From: Tubulanus polymorphus
Lineage: Eukaryota > Animalia > Nemertea
Reading direction: 5' to 3'
Assembly: GCF_964204645.1 (NCBI RefSeq)
Contig: NC_134025.1
Span: 26,268,299-26,332,298, forward strand
Length of the DNA stretch: 64,000 bases
Shown piece after piece: positions 12,301 to 27,300 of this stretch. The first letter of the stretch is position 1. Every line of letters starts with the position of its first letter. Both the position numbers and the translations under genes were made by a program. Under the pieces are notes generated by a model that was given only the letters and a program-made list of their open reading frames with translations, ran no database searches and was not told the DNA's origin.

Positions 12301-15300
12301 ACTTAATCCGAGAATTAATCAAGATTTCATCGCTATATCGTGTACTACCCACTCACATCCGGCTTGTATATTATACTATATGAAAAACCGCCGTATGAAC
12401 CTCCACACAATTATGGATTCGGACACGGATGAATTCGCTTTAACTCCTCACGCCGGCGGTTCAGTAAAATCAAATTTATTCCAGCGATGGACCGGATTGT
12501 AAACGTTTAATCTTATCAACCGCCGTGCGATAGATGGTCCTTCGCGGTCTGTACATCGGCTACTCGTGTTTACAGAATATCTCACCAGTACCGTTGCCAG
12601 ATATATACGACTCATATAATTAATTAGATAGCGAGGTTGATTAAAGAGACAGACCGGGATGCATGTACGGATACTTGATGAATCTCTGCCGTTAAATTGT
12701 GGCATCACTCTCTGAATTGCGGCCGAACGCAATCGATCGATTGAATGTTTTTTTTAATGCTTTCGTACTTCATTATTTTTGTCATCTTCTTGTCGAGGGA
12801 AATAATATGATAACGCTTCTCGTGAATAGCTTTGGCCTTTGGAGACTTTGTATAGATTTTCATTCGTTTTTCTAAAACCGAGAACAATCCATTGAGCATT
12901 TCATTCGATTGATTACGACAGAACTTTCACCCACACGCTTTGAAATATCGATGATGTCTTTTGATCATTTTCTTCGTCGTCTAGTTTGGCGACTGGGTGA
13001 TACAATTTGAATTAAGACCTGCCAGCTTCGCGTGTCAAGAGCGATGCGCATGAAATCAATTTTGACTAGTTTTTCACATTTTATTTTCTAAGCGAAACTG
13101 TCACAAGGGTTTGAAAAATTCGGCACCGATAAACAAACTAATCCTGATTGCCTAATATTGACATTCGATGGTGATGAGTTTTGCTCTAAATGGATGACAG
13201 CTCGACGTTTCATTTAACTATGAATAAAATGGCTTTCTCTATTTATTTATCAGCATATTTCTAAAAACTGGTCAATTCAGATCAGATACTCTCCATGGCT
13301 GATCCATTACGTGGTCTGCATCCAATTGTGCGGTTTACTCGATATTCGCCACGAACCGGCGCAAAATCATCCAGCTAAACAAAATGTATGTATATTCTCG
13401 CGTGTCACTTCGGGTTGATGCTATCTATCTTTCGACGAGTTATCCTATTTAGTTAGTCGAGATAGCAATACCATTGGCACCGAATCTGCGAATACCAACA
13501 CAGTCAACGATACGGCAAAAGACACCCAATAACAGAAGAAGATTAAGTGAGCAAGAGAAAGATGAAACCCCGGATCAATAAAACTATCGCAAGGAATTGC
13601 ATGTTTGAACCGCTCTTCTTCGAGATAATAAATCATGTCTCATCTCTTGATCTATTTATCGCCGTCAAATAAAGCAACATAGTAAATTCCCACTTTCAAA
13701 TCAGGCCACGACGATTCTTAGTTTAACAACACAACGGGAATCATATATTACTATATCCGACAGATACAGATGAAGGCCTAAACATATTTCAATGTAACGC
13801 ACGGTATAGTTTACCAGTATCAGTATATACTTATTTACTCATCACAGTTATACAAACTGGTCTGATGGGAAACACAATTTTACAAAAATTTTACCACGAT
13901 GGCAGGAAATATTGTTTGTATAGGTTCGTTTTCGTTCCCAGATACAAATTTCGAGCCTGAAAAAAAAAACTTAAAATTATACTTTCATTGCAGTTGTTTA
14001 CAGTACACCTTCGTCATGATACGAAAGACTGACGAGATTATAATCGGTCGTGTAACCCATAGAGTTTACAGTTTACTTTCGACATTAACGATTTAGTTAT
14101 TACCGTTTCGATCCGTCGGGATCGCGAGTTTTGAATTAATGATGAATATTCAGCTTGTATAGTGTCATTATTCTTTCGTCACACGGCTAACTTCACCGCC
14201 TTTCATAAAGCCAAAGAGTCGGGCATATACGTATCATCAGAATTAATCAGATAAATCTTGCAAAAACACTAGCTACAGTCGTTCGAAAGATGTTAGTTTC
14301 TATGTCAATTATCAATGCGCTTTTTCAGAAAAGGGAAGGATAGATTTAATTTGAGTTTCTCTTCGGGGGTCCTATTAGATTCACTCCACTACACTATACA
14401 TGATGTCAAGTATATAACATGTCACGTCGGAGTCTAACAAGGATGTATATGTATATATGGGAGACATCTACATGTTCGAATTACGCCGGTTGAATTTAGG
14501 ATCACGACCAAAGCCAATGCGATCACGGATGGTGCTATGAATATTAATGAAAATTGCGGTCGACCTGATTTTAATTAGTTTTCTCCTCAAACCTATTCTA
14601 ATTGCATTTTTGACAGAACGAGTTCGCTTCTGCCAGTTTCATTAAACTACATTCATTATGTGCACTGAATCAAAAAGAGATAGATATGGTCGCCGACAAA
14701 GCAACTCAGACAGCGCGATTGAAAATGGCGCTTGTCAGAAAATAAAGGCTCAAAATATATCGATATCACGAAAACTCGAGCAATTGCAGTTTTTTTGAGC
14801 GACACACGAACGAAGCAATCTCAATGGATGGAGAACGACAGGCAAATTGGATTGATTTCGGCTCCCAGATCGATGAAAACTCAAGAGAGGACCACAATGC
14901 CACACAAGAAGAGCCTGATAGTACCATTCGGTACTCAAATCAAAGCTAGCTGCGCGGCACACTTTAATGACTCTCTGTGACCCCTGATTACTGCCTATCA
15001 GTCGAAGTAAGACAACTTATTGAGAGTGATTTGAGGTTATCCTGGTTTGATTGATTGAGGCAAATTATCAGATCAATGTCTGAGGGAAAGGGCTTACATA
15101 AAACTACACGCCATTTGTCACGACGAGATGACAATGCAGGGACGCTAATTATCCGGTAACTGATTGACCTCAACCGATTTATCTACCGTCCGATATATCA
15201 TCACAGAAATCTAATAGTAAAATGATTCATGTTCTTGAAATAGAAAAAAGTTCAGATCTCTTGGCGAAAAATGTTATTCGCTTTGAGTTTCATTTTTGAC

Positions 15301-18300
15301 AAATTGTTTTTCGTGTTGCACGAAAAAAGAGTCCATCGATTGGCATCGGTATGAATTATCGTCAGGTGTGTGAAATGCAGAAAATTGAAGCTCAGTGAAG
15401 CAATTTCAGCGTATCTTACAAAAGATAAATATAAAATGTTAGATTAATCAAGATTTTGAACTGTTTTTTACGGCTAAATTATCAATACACTGGAGCTTCG
15501 ACGATAGATTATAGTCGGAAGAAATTTTGGATGTTTTGAATAAACATATAAGTAATATATTATATATGCGTTACACGGATAAATTTGATTGAAAGTAGGT
15601 ATAAATAACGACAATTCATCAAACAGAAAGCCAATCCAGTTTTAGAACGTGTGAATTAATTATTAGCACGGAACTGATCTTAATTAGAACACATTCTTTT
15701 AATAGTAAAGTATTAATCATGCGAATTTCTAATTTCGAAATGGCTTTTGATAAAGCTTTGTATTTTTATTCATATATGTATGGATATATCTATAACGATA
15801 CAACCGTCTTTCTAAAGGTCGATTGAAAAAGCCTCTGTTGCTTTTTTACGTCGAGGCGTCCCGATCGCTAACAGACCTCCTATTCCCAATCCAAGGAACA
15901 GATTCCGTTCTCTCAACAGCGTATAGTAAAGCAGCTTGTTGCAATCACGCGACTCCAAAAAACTAATCCATGAAGTTTTTTCACAGTATACTGTCTTCTA
16001 TACACAAACTTGCATATTTCATCCCTACATGTTGACATCTCAAATGCGGTTTTTTCATGTAAGCGATTTTGTGCCGAGTTGAACATAAAACAAGGCATTT
16101 GATAACGTCGAGCTGAAAATGCGCTGATAAAATATTCATTGACATCGTCGGAAATTAAGATAGAACTATAGCGAAATCGATCGAAAACCGCCGAAGAAAA
16201 AATACCAATTAACCGGAGTCGTGTGTAACCAGAGAAAGGATGCGAGCCGACAAACCATAATGCTTGTTGGTAATTTAATCACAACAGACGCTGGAATAGA
16301 GTAGCAAAGCCCAAATGAATAAATGGCACACCTTGCATTCTTGGTATGTATCTAGGCCAGTAAATGAAAATGAAAAAGTGGATTTTGACTGCCAATAACC
16401 GTGACTAGAAACAACGTTATGCATAATGGTAGATTACTGTACGTTGTAGAACTAAGCGTTGGGATATTTGTCCGTGAATTTTGTTTTCGTATACAAAAGA
16501 CATTTGGCAGTAGACGTTTCGAATTGATAAATGATCCCACGTTGCTGTTATGAATCTCGACTAGTGTGAATTATTCACCATTGAGAATCAATGCCAATAA
16601 GCCAATGGATAAATCAGTACAAAATGCAACGGCGGAAATATTACTGACTGCAGATCGACTCCATACTGCCGCGGGTCAGGCAGATATTTACATAATAAGT
16701 TTCAATCCACCGACTAGGGACTGATACCTCCATCCGAAAAATATGACTGAGACCGAATCTCCGATGGGAACAGCAACTCTATCGATCCCCGCAATTATCT
16801 AACCCTTGTTGTATATGCTCGCTTACTCTGACGTTATTGAATTTACAGCTAAACCCACCCGCCTAAGGGTAGCGAATCGAATAGAACGAACTATCCGCAT
16901 GATGCTCTGAGCTGTTGGAAAGCACCGTACAAGATAATCCTGTCAACTGGACAGTGACTAATTGAAGGCAATCCATGTTTAAAGTAACTAAAGGCGTACA
17001 TATGAACATTCAGTCGTGACTGCAAGCAACTTCTTTGCTTCTTTTATCCATGAATTTTGCTTTAGGCATCAACTTTCAAGTTTTTGTTACCTGTCAGGTG
17101 CTTACACTGCATACTTTATTGATAAAACGAGAATATTTTCTTTTCTGTCAGTAGTCTGTAGATACGTATACAGATGCTGATGCCTTAAACATATATACTG
17201 TTTGCTGAAGGCTTACGAAGAAAATCAATATAGTACTTTGCTGGAAAAAGAAACCTCAAAAACTCTAATGGTATTCGTTTTTATCGACGTGTGCGAAAAT
17301 CCCGATTTCCGCAAACATGTTTCTTACACGCCACATAACGCCTTAAGCGTCTCAATAATTTAAAGTATTCGACAAGACGAAGATAATCATGTCTTGTTGA
17401 TTGCGGGTAGTTCCTGGTCCAACCAATTCAAAACCCATAATCCAGTAAAAGGTTTTCCTTGTATATACTGACAAATCGGAAAATCGGTGTTATTTTCCAC
17501 AAATTTCTCTCACGCTTTGCGACCATCACAAGTGACGTCAAATATCCAATATTCCAGTAAATTGCCCGTCCCCGCTGCGAACGAAAAAACGACGTGGCCC
17601 GATACTAAGATTGCATATCGACGATAGCTGGTTACTTATTCCGAAGACCGGTTCAATATCAAGAATAAGGCGACGTGGAGATCATATGTAAATGGCCGAC
17701 CGAGTCAATTTCAGATCCTTCTGGTCGAAAATGGTTAACTAGCCATGATCTGCGATCGAAACACCGCTTTATATATTGTATTCACCAGTAAAAAAGTAAA
17801 CCATAAGATAAATGATGCGCATAAAGATATATTCTATTTCATCCTATAACCAAGAGTACTACTTAAGCACCCTGGCAAATAAAATCACCAATGGAACGGA
17901 TTGAAAATGTATCTAAAAAATGTATCCAATTATATAAACATTTTCAATTTTTGTCAAGGTTAAAGATTTAACGCTTGGGTTGAACAAATCGTGACACCCA
18001 TTCCATTCCAAAAGCTGATTAGATAATCATTCTTTTCGCTTGAGGAGCAAAAAAATTAGTAGCTATTACCTTTGCACATCATATGCATCAATTGTATTAT
18101 CGGGTTACGAATTTATTGATACCAGCTCGCTAGTACAAGGATAGAAAGCTTAGACTTACAGGTCTAATGACACGTTCTGTGAAAGGATTATGTGCGTTAA
18201 TGGACGGACGGAATTCACACCGGCAACTTCCGTACAACATTCACTGCTACAACCCGGTCACTCATTGTCAACGATACTTATTCTCTCAGCTGGTTGAGTT

Positions 18301-21300
18301 TAAGTACTAATGTTTCGTTGCCGTCATAGCTAAGCTGCAAGAATACGCCCTGGACATATATAGACAACTTTCTGGATTTATTTTCAGGCAATATTGATAT
18401 TTACTTTTAATCATTTCTCGCCAGGTTGTTTTTGCCAATTACATGTATATCCGTTTTATGGCAGCAGATTTTCATCCGGACAGAAATCAGAACAGAATTT
18501 CAACTCTTTTTTCCTGTCCCGAAGACAGTCGTTCAATATAGCAATAGATAATTACCATGGACGTCGTCGTGCCGGCCGAGGATGCCTTCGACAGAACTAC
18601 TTTGATGCGAATCGAATTAACTCGATTACAGTTTTATTTATGCCTTTAACTACTTAATAATGTATAATTTCACGGAATAGTTCAAATTTTAACACTTGAC
18701 TAGTATACACCAGTACAGAGCTCTTTAACACTTGATGGAATGGATAAATAGCTATTATTCGCAAGCGACATTGCGTGAAAATCCTTGCTGGGATATAAAT
18801 CAGCTCAAACTTGCCAAGATACCGAGATTGAATTGTATTGATTGCTTACGAACTCCTTTCGGAGTAACTCTGCCAGCAGCGAGTTGAGCTGACAGGAAAG
18901 CTAATCAATTTTTTTTCGAAAGAAAAATCACTTCAAATATGAAATGTCATCTATTTTTCTAAAAAGCGATTGCTTCAAATTTGAGATGTCGTCGTCGTCA
19001 ATATAGTTGAATTCGGCTGCAAAAAACTCAAGTTTCTTCATATTTGCGTGACCATATCAAACACATACATATCGCAGTAATAACAATACATTTCCATATA
19101 AACTCGTATATAGATAGCTTCTTTCAATCCATGTATCAAGGCATTAGAGACACAAATTAATGGCTCATACATTTTACCGAACATTCACCGTTACATCAGA
19201 TATCATGAAACATTAAATGAAAATCCTATTTTCTAATCACGTGCATGTCATACTTCTGCCATAAAATGATATGGATTAATGATACTTCGCCATTGCCTGA
19301 TTTAATTTAGCTACCCATTGGCTGCGAATATGTACGTTCCCTCCTAGGAAATATCTCCAATAAATACAATCACCGGTTTACAAAAAACTTTCAATTTGAA
19401 CTATGTTTTGAAAGGTCTATTAGATAGCATCCTTCATCATCCCATAATCCTTGATGAAATGCGTGAGAAAGATATAAAACAATGATATATGGGCTTTACG
19501 TGCAATGACCAGGATTATGATTCGAACCCCGTATATATCAGTCTTTTATCGTCATTTAAGCTCGGAGAGCTAGACATGAAAGGTAATAATGTTGGCGCCG
19601 CATTAACACAAAATTTCGAAGTAAAGTTGCATCAGAAAAAAGAGATTTACGGCTCCAATTAAATTCCTATTCTCTATAACATGATCTCATTTATTCGGTA
19701 ATGATGATTAAACTGAACCTAACGGCGCATCGTCATGAGAGTATGTACAACGTGTAAATAACTTGGATCGAGCAAGATGTTAGTTTGGCGAAGTAAATCT
19801 GTCGGTAAAAATCAGCGCAAGTGGCATCGAATCTCATTAATAGTGCATTCTGGAATCATGTATATCAGATTAGCTAACATTGTCTATCACTCAAAACATG
19901 ACATAAACCGTACAATCTGACCAGCACAATTCTAAGTCTATGAGAAGTTTCAGAAAACTTGGTGCAGCTGGGTACTTAACAACCATCTATATATTTATCT
20001 TTGGTGGTATTTTCTTGTAATCATTAGCGCGTTAACTATAGCTAATGTCTAACCAGAATCTAAAGTGACATGACCACATCAACCATGCGAAATTTTCGCT
20101 CTTCAGCGCGCCTGACGAAACAATTCTATTCCAGGCGGTGTACAGTCAAGTCGTCTGTAATAATTGCTGTCTTGCTAAAGATATCATTATATGTATACCA
20201 TCAGAGATAACTGGCTGTGTATTGACCGGCGTCTGTTTGTTTCCAACATCGAAATAAAAAAGACAAAAAACAATCGCTTACAGCTTTTTTAAGGACGAAA
20301 AATCGAACCAAGCATTTTCTTTCGTCATGAATAGCCAAGCCCATACTAGTGCCGCAGAAACATTCTTCTATCATCCGAATAAATTGAATATTTGCACCAC
20401 GATTAAGCGCGATTGCCGAAAAGTTAATTAATAAATCGATAGGAAGTCTTATCGATATGGTAGTCTTATAGCGGGAACGTTGTCTGATAAACATCGTGAC
20501 GCTTTTGGGGCGTCATCAACAATTCAATTCACGCATTGTGTCGACGATGAAGAGGAGTCGATCAAACACGAATTGCCGTTATATATCAATACACCAGGCA
20601 GTATCTGTCGCCCCGCTAGACTGGCGAATACGTTCAGAATTATGCAGAAAATACCGTAGCGTCCCTTGATGATAAAACCAACTAAATCAATGTACTGTCG
20701 GTACTGGTCAAGGTCAACTAATGAATTCTTACTTCTTGGTTAATTTCTGTCTAGTTCAATGACGGCCTATCGGCCATGATGAACAGGGATTCTTTCCCTT
20801 GCCGAAATAATGTTCGCTCAGGGAATACGCATTGGCATAACTCTCTTAGCACGCAATGCAAATTTTAAGTCGGTGCACCTGTGCCGCTTCAAATGCAATT
20901 AATGCAAAAAATAGAAAGAAATGTAGCATGGAAAACAGTTCGATCGCTGTCTTAAATGGAGAAAAGAGTAATTGAATCTTGTGCATCTGTTTTTGCCATG
21001 CACTTGTTCTTATAAGCATATCGCCGGAACCCTGCAGGCGTTATCCGCAATATCCAACAGTTTAGTAAATCCCGTACACTAGCTTCTAATACCAATTACT
21101 GCGATATAATCGAACCAACCCGACCGGAGAACTATATCAGAAACATAGCACAAATTCACAAACATCTAGGGTATACTACAAAGTACTGCAAGACCCGACG
21201 TTGTGAGCAATTGAGGTTGTTCTTGTCCATCATAGCAGGACTGAGGGACTAATGAGTGTCATTGAACCAGTCTTAATATAGCAAATAAAAACAATTCCAA

Positions 21301-24300
21301 GTAATCTTTGACAGGGTCGTCGCGATCGAATAAAGGAAATTGATGCAGAACCTATCTCAAAAGAAAAAGCCTCTTGGGACATATGTTGATCTTATTATGC
21401 CGATGTTAATAGCTTTCCGTGGCAGAAATTGATGTCGGGTAGTAGTGCAGGACATTTTCCCTTGGGTGGCCAACTTAACTGAGCCTACATCATCTAAGAA
21501 AATGATATGTTAATTGAACCAGAATTTGAATATGTTTCGTTAATTGTCAGAGCTGAAAATGATGAATTTTGTTCACGTCGTCGCTCATAATTTGTTGCTG
21601 GGGACAAAATATGATGCGAGATTCTCGGAGATGTTGGCGAGATGGAATTATCGGGAATACGGCAGACAATTCGGGACAATTCCGCTAATACGATTATGAT
21701 TGGCTAATAACATTTCGTTAGATAGATTGCAATTCGAGAGATCAGGACAACTCTCCCAATTACACATCGCATGAATGAAATTACGGACATGGCTTCCCGC
21801 AGCTGGGTGTGTTTATGTGGTGAATCTGAGGGATGAAGTAGTCAATGATCTGTAACAAGTGACGTCTCCACGCCATTACCCTTCTTATTGCTACTCTCTT
21901 TTACTCACTACTCGAACCATAATTAGGTTACGGATGAATCAAAGGTACGATAAACAGCAGAGATCAATATATAGAATCGTGCGAATAGTTAGCTCATTGT
22001 CAGCAGCCAATTGCGATCTACATGAAACATATTCATATCATTACTGTAATGAGCTTGTAATAAGCTGGCGAAATTAGGCCACGATATCACCCAACAGTCA
22101 TATTTAGATCAAATTTTGAAAATTGGAGATCATTGGAGATATAAATCATTTCTAAAAATTCCACAAAGCATGAAACACAAAGATCCTTCGGGGATTGTGA
22201 ATGGAGTATTATAGAATTACTTTAAAGAGCACTGTGAATAGAAATTGACAACATAATTCCTCGTACCTGCGTCGGTAAAGTCTTGGTATACAGAGACACG
22301 TCTTTAACATCCTCTGAGACACGAAATATAAAGATGATACGTCAGCAAAATAAAATAGAATGAAAAATTATTAACTCAAAACATAATCGCAAACCCCTAA
22401 AGAAATTAGAAAAATGTCGTTTGCAACAGAGTCATAAATATCCATGACTCTGTTTCAAACGATATACGGCTCGACTTATGGAGTATTTGGAAAGAAAATC
22501 CACGACATAGCATCTCAACTAATAAGAGCACTGACCAAAAAACCAGTGTTGCTTACTTACTAACATCGTTGAGAAGAAGATGCAATGTGGATATTTCCGT
22601 CTCATTAATCGAAAGGGACACGGAACAAGTTCGTTTGAAGTCAATGATGAAAGTGTGTTTTGTAGTTTCCGAGAGATTTCAGGCCAAGTTCGTGTGTCAT
22701 ACGCCAACTGGCATGCAGCAGGCAGATGAAACCCATATTAGGAAATGTCGACTAATTTTGAAAATAGGAATTCTTCGTTTTTTAAGGTGTATATAAAAAT
22801 GCACCAGTTTACATGAAAGATGGTGAACTTAAGTTTTAACGCCTACCAACGATGAAGATTTAGCTGTTTAGAAAGTTAAAGCTTCGCAGCATAAAAAGTC
22901 ATAAGTCGAAGGGTTACTGAAGCGAATTTCTGTGGACCTATGACTGGCATACAGAAAGTGCATTTGCACGATGTACACAACGCCTTTGATACCGAGTGCA
23001 AACTACCGTCCATGTCTGAAAGGAACAAAATGTGTGCTATATTCGATAACATCTCTTAAAGATTCTGCCTCGATGCGGCAAAGAAAACATTCTCGATTGG
23101 ACGGGCTTAATTGCGAAGAATGAATTTATTAGTTATCAATCAATTTTACGGACGACTTCAGTGAATTTCTGTCGATAATATTCTGTATTCGTAGTGTCGA
23201 TAAACAATAATTCAGAGGGACGCTAATGAAAATTTATGTATAGTAGCGAATAGAAGAGACTGATTCAAAATGGCTAGATATTTGCATCTTAAATCACACA
23301 AAATGATCGCATTTGACTAGATTTAACAGATAGAGTTAGTGTGTGAAGCGCCCTGGTATACGCGAGTATTTCAGCGAGTTTTTCAGCTAGTTTTTCCTTA
23401 CGGCTATACATCGTTTATCTCTAATGAGATCATTTAATTGGTTTATTACGACCAATAAATAATGCGGGCCACCTGATGATCCCTAATATGCGGCCACCGT
23501 ATTGTGCAAGAGATGAATTAGGCATATTTTCTACCATTCATCATCATTTACAGTCGATATATAGCTTGCAAAACCTGACGATTAACTCGTTGAGTGAATG
23601 GCGCCAAAGGAACCATAGGCCGTTTCCTGCAGTCCCTCACATGAATGAGTAACCATGCACAGTGAAATACTCTTTTTATCCGAGACCGGAGGTTATTTGT
23701 AGACACGATCTAAATGCACCCCCTAAATCATTTATTACGTGGACTTACGTCAGAAAACAGCCTAATAACGAGCCGTAGGCGCAAAAAACCCTGGAAATTA
23801 TTAGCGAAAAATATGCACTCTGAGATTAGGCTTAATAACGTTGATTGATGCGTAAACAGTGAATATTTTCTGCAAGTCTTGTACATCTGCGGTACATAAA
23901 CGCCCAAGACGCTTTAGAAAATATAAACTGTTTAATATATCAACAGATGATAAGCGCTATGCTAACATTGCTGTTTTTATGTTCATAATCATCAAGAAGA
24001 AAGACTTTTTAAATGAAACAGCTTAGCTAATCATAATATCAAGAATTTTGTGGATGACAACAACGCTATGCACGACAGCTTTTTGAAACAACCTTTTTCG
24101 ATTTTCTCTGTATCATATTCATATCGATTAGATGTTGCGATGTTGATTTGCAGTCGTAGTATCGTCGTTTTGCGTGCGAAAAACAAGTTGCAGGTTTAAA
24201 GAAATGATGAATATAGAGATTGAGGCAGGTTTCAAAGAAAATGACGATGATAAATTATATAGATCGAGGCAATAGTAAAATAATTGACTGCGGGCGAAGA

Positions 24301-27300
24301 CGTTGACCGTATCCACTGTATTTTGGATTGGTGTCATGCTTGCCTTTTTCTACCCTCAGAATAAGCCTCTAAGACAGGAAGGCCCAGACATATACAGTGA
24401 TTCTCGCCTTATCAAATCTTATATTGTAATAGAAGATAGCAAATGAAATGAACAATTCTGAGGAATAGATGTGTCTATCGTTTGATTCGAGACAATATCC
24501 ATATCCATCTTTAAACGATGCTATACATCTACAAGAATATACTCATATGGTATTGATATTCTAGTATAAATACCGCCATTTCTAAGGAGAATCAGACGAG
24601 TTTATTGTAAAAGATATGTACCTTGCTTCACGGAACTTCCCAATGCAAATACGCGAGCAACATTAATCATTTCTTCTTGGATATGAAAACACCGACATAT
24701 TTGCAATGCGACATGAAAAAGTATTGCAGATGCGACGGAACGACGTTGTTAACGAAAATCGACGACTTCTTACGAAATGAATGAAGCTTTCTGGAGGACG
24801 TCTGAATAAAGCAGATATATACTTCGATCGTTTTCAGAGCATAGATAGGCAATTCCGCGTCCGTATCGACAGGGAAATTGAAGCATTCGCAGCTTGTTAC
24901 AAACTTTATCGATATGTACATCGGCGCACTGTGAAATATCAACTAGCCAATATACCAAACAGTCACAACATATCGACAGAGCAACGATTCAAATGAGTCC
25001 CATCTCATGAAAATTGATTTCAGATGTACCGATGAGGTCAAACACGATATCAATGCTGGGCGCAAGTTCTATCATACAATATTGGCAGAAAACTTGAAAC
25101 ACATAACTAACATGATCAATTGGCGTCCGAAAACCTCCAGGATTTTTCTTTCGATATCCTATTTTGGATAATTGACACAAATTAAGTATGAAATATTCAA
25201 CCAAGATATAAAAAATTCAATCAAATTATCAAAAAGAATTGAGATGCTGGGGCAATCACGTGCCTGCCTTGAGACAGGGCTTTACTGTGGCCGCCAGGGA
25301 TATGAAGAAGCCTTATCAGCGTCGTGACGAGAATTACACAAATCCCTCGTCGTCTATATATTTTGTGCATTTAATTCTCGAAAGGAAATCATCATCTTCT
25401 TCACATCAAAATTTCTACAACGCCTGCAGCACAAGATTTGAATATATTGCCATCACTATATATTCGACTCCTAGATAACATTTTGAGTGGTAACTGCGAA
25501 TGAAGATTATCATATGTAAATAGCTCTCAACCCAATGATCACATATATTTGATATACTGTCGAGTTGTTGATCCTTACACCCAGAAAAACAACACCGATT
25601 CACATAATTCACATTTAAGGAAGTCAATATCAATGCTACAATTAAAGGTACAGAAGAATAGAAACGGAGAAGCGAAACTACCAAATAATGGTAAGAAGAA
25701 AATCATATTTGTTTATAAAGCACCTTTTCCTATCTAACTTTCCATAATTGGCAAGATAGGATCGATGGTGACATCTAGTAATTTCATTGAATAATAATCT
25801 ACATGGATTCGTGCAAGCTCTAGCTGCGAGGTCCATAAAAGATTCATGCGTACTTATATCTATCTATCTTTCTACCCATGGGTTCCCCTGATGATTGATT
25901 CTGCATACTATAGAATGATTTCGCGTTTGAAAACTACTATTTCCTACTATTTCCTCCATGTGAACTGTTTCAATTAAATTCTGCAAGATGGAATTAGTGT
26001 TACGTGTATAGAAACACCAACAGCCAAATAGAACTCGATTGGAAATGCTATAAATTACTTTCGATTGACGAAACGAAGATGATATTCGAATAAACTGCAT
26101 TTTTGCATTTCACTTTGATGATGGCAATTTCGGCATTTGAGTATTCACAAATTGAGTTTCCTGTATAGAAAATACGGAGACGAGAAACCCGGTTGACGAG
26201 TAATATTTCTCGTCGAAGACCACAAACGCAGGTAATGAAGCCATCTCGACGACTTCTCAGCGGCATATGCATGAAATATAATTTGATACACAGCATTTCC
26301 ATGCACTAGGTGAAGGTTAAATGTGGCTTCTTAAGGAAACAAATATAAAATTCGTGCGAGTAACAGACAATAACAGACATATATTCCATCTTTCAGAAGG
26401 AAATTGGATACAGAACGCAATGAAGAAGATGAAAGTATATTTTGGATTTACTTCGATTGACATTCCCATCGAATGCGAATCGACTAATTTTCTTTTAGCT
26501 AGCCCCGGTAAGCGACTAAAAAACGTTCGTTTCTATAACCAAACAAGCAACGACGTTCTGACAGCCGATCTAATTAATTAAATTAGCTGTCAAGTAATAC
26601 ATGTAGCATCACCGTCGCACGCTGGGACATCCGTTGAATTCTATGTCAAATCACGTTAAAACTAACTTGTATTTGCGAAGGAGTTAGCCGCATATTTTTG
26701 CTGTGTATCATACTCATTTTTACTGGGGTACAAAACCCGGTTACTCCGCGGTATCAACCTACAAAAAGTACGATGATGTTACGAATATGTTTATTCAGTG
26801 TAATGTAGCAGTTTTGTTGCGGCTTTAGTATTGTTGATTTGTTAAACTGATGTTGGGTACTCTTTTTCTGTAATGAATCTATAACCTGCCATCTTTCAAA
26901 TACACTCTCGTATCGCTCTATCATAATTCACGTATGCCTATGATGATAACAATTCAGGCGATAGTTCATAAAATTCGTTTCCCACTGCTTGGAATTGCTA
27001 TAATGATTTTTGAAATATCATCTACTGACGAATATTCTGCATTTTCTTTCTCCGAGTTTTTTTCAATAGTGGACAAATGCTTATGCCTGGAAAAGTTAGC
27101 AAGGAAAGTTCTGGATATATACGACGTAAGTCCGATATCCAGACAGAAACTGACTTAATTAATGTCTAATTGCATATTGATTCTACAGTAACGCATTGCA
27201 CTAGCATCTTTAGCATTACGATGACTATTCTCATCGATTATGCTTCCTGAGACTAATGGTCATCATCGGTCTACTGGTCAAGGTATATGCAAGAATTACC

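Noticed and set aside
23424-23446. TGAGATCATT, the start of bantam miRNA
   Set aside because: The remainder does not match bantam and there is no hairpin.
9100-27200. Many 60-97-aa ORFs in the TMEM179 intron
   Set aside because: Random-like composition, no motifs and no consistent exon chain; a nested gene could not be supported.
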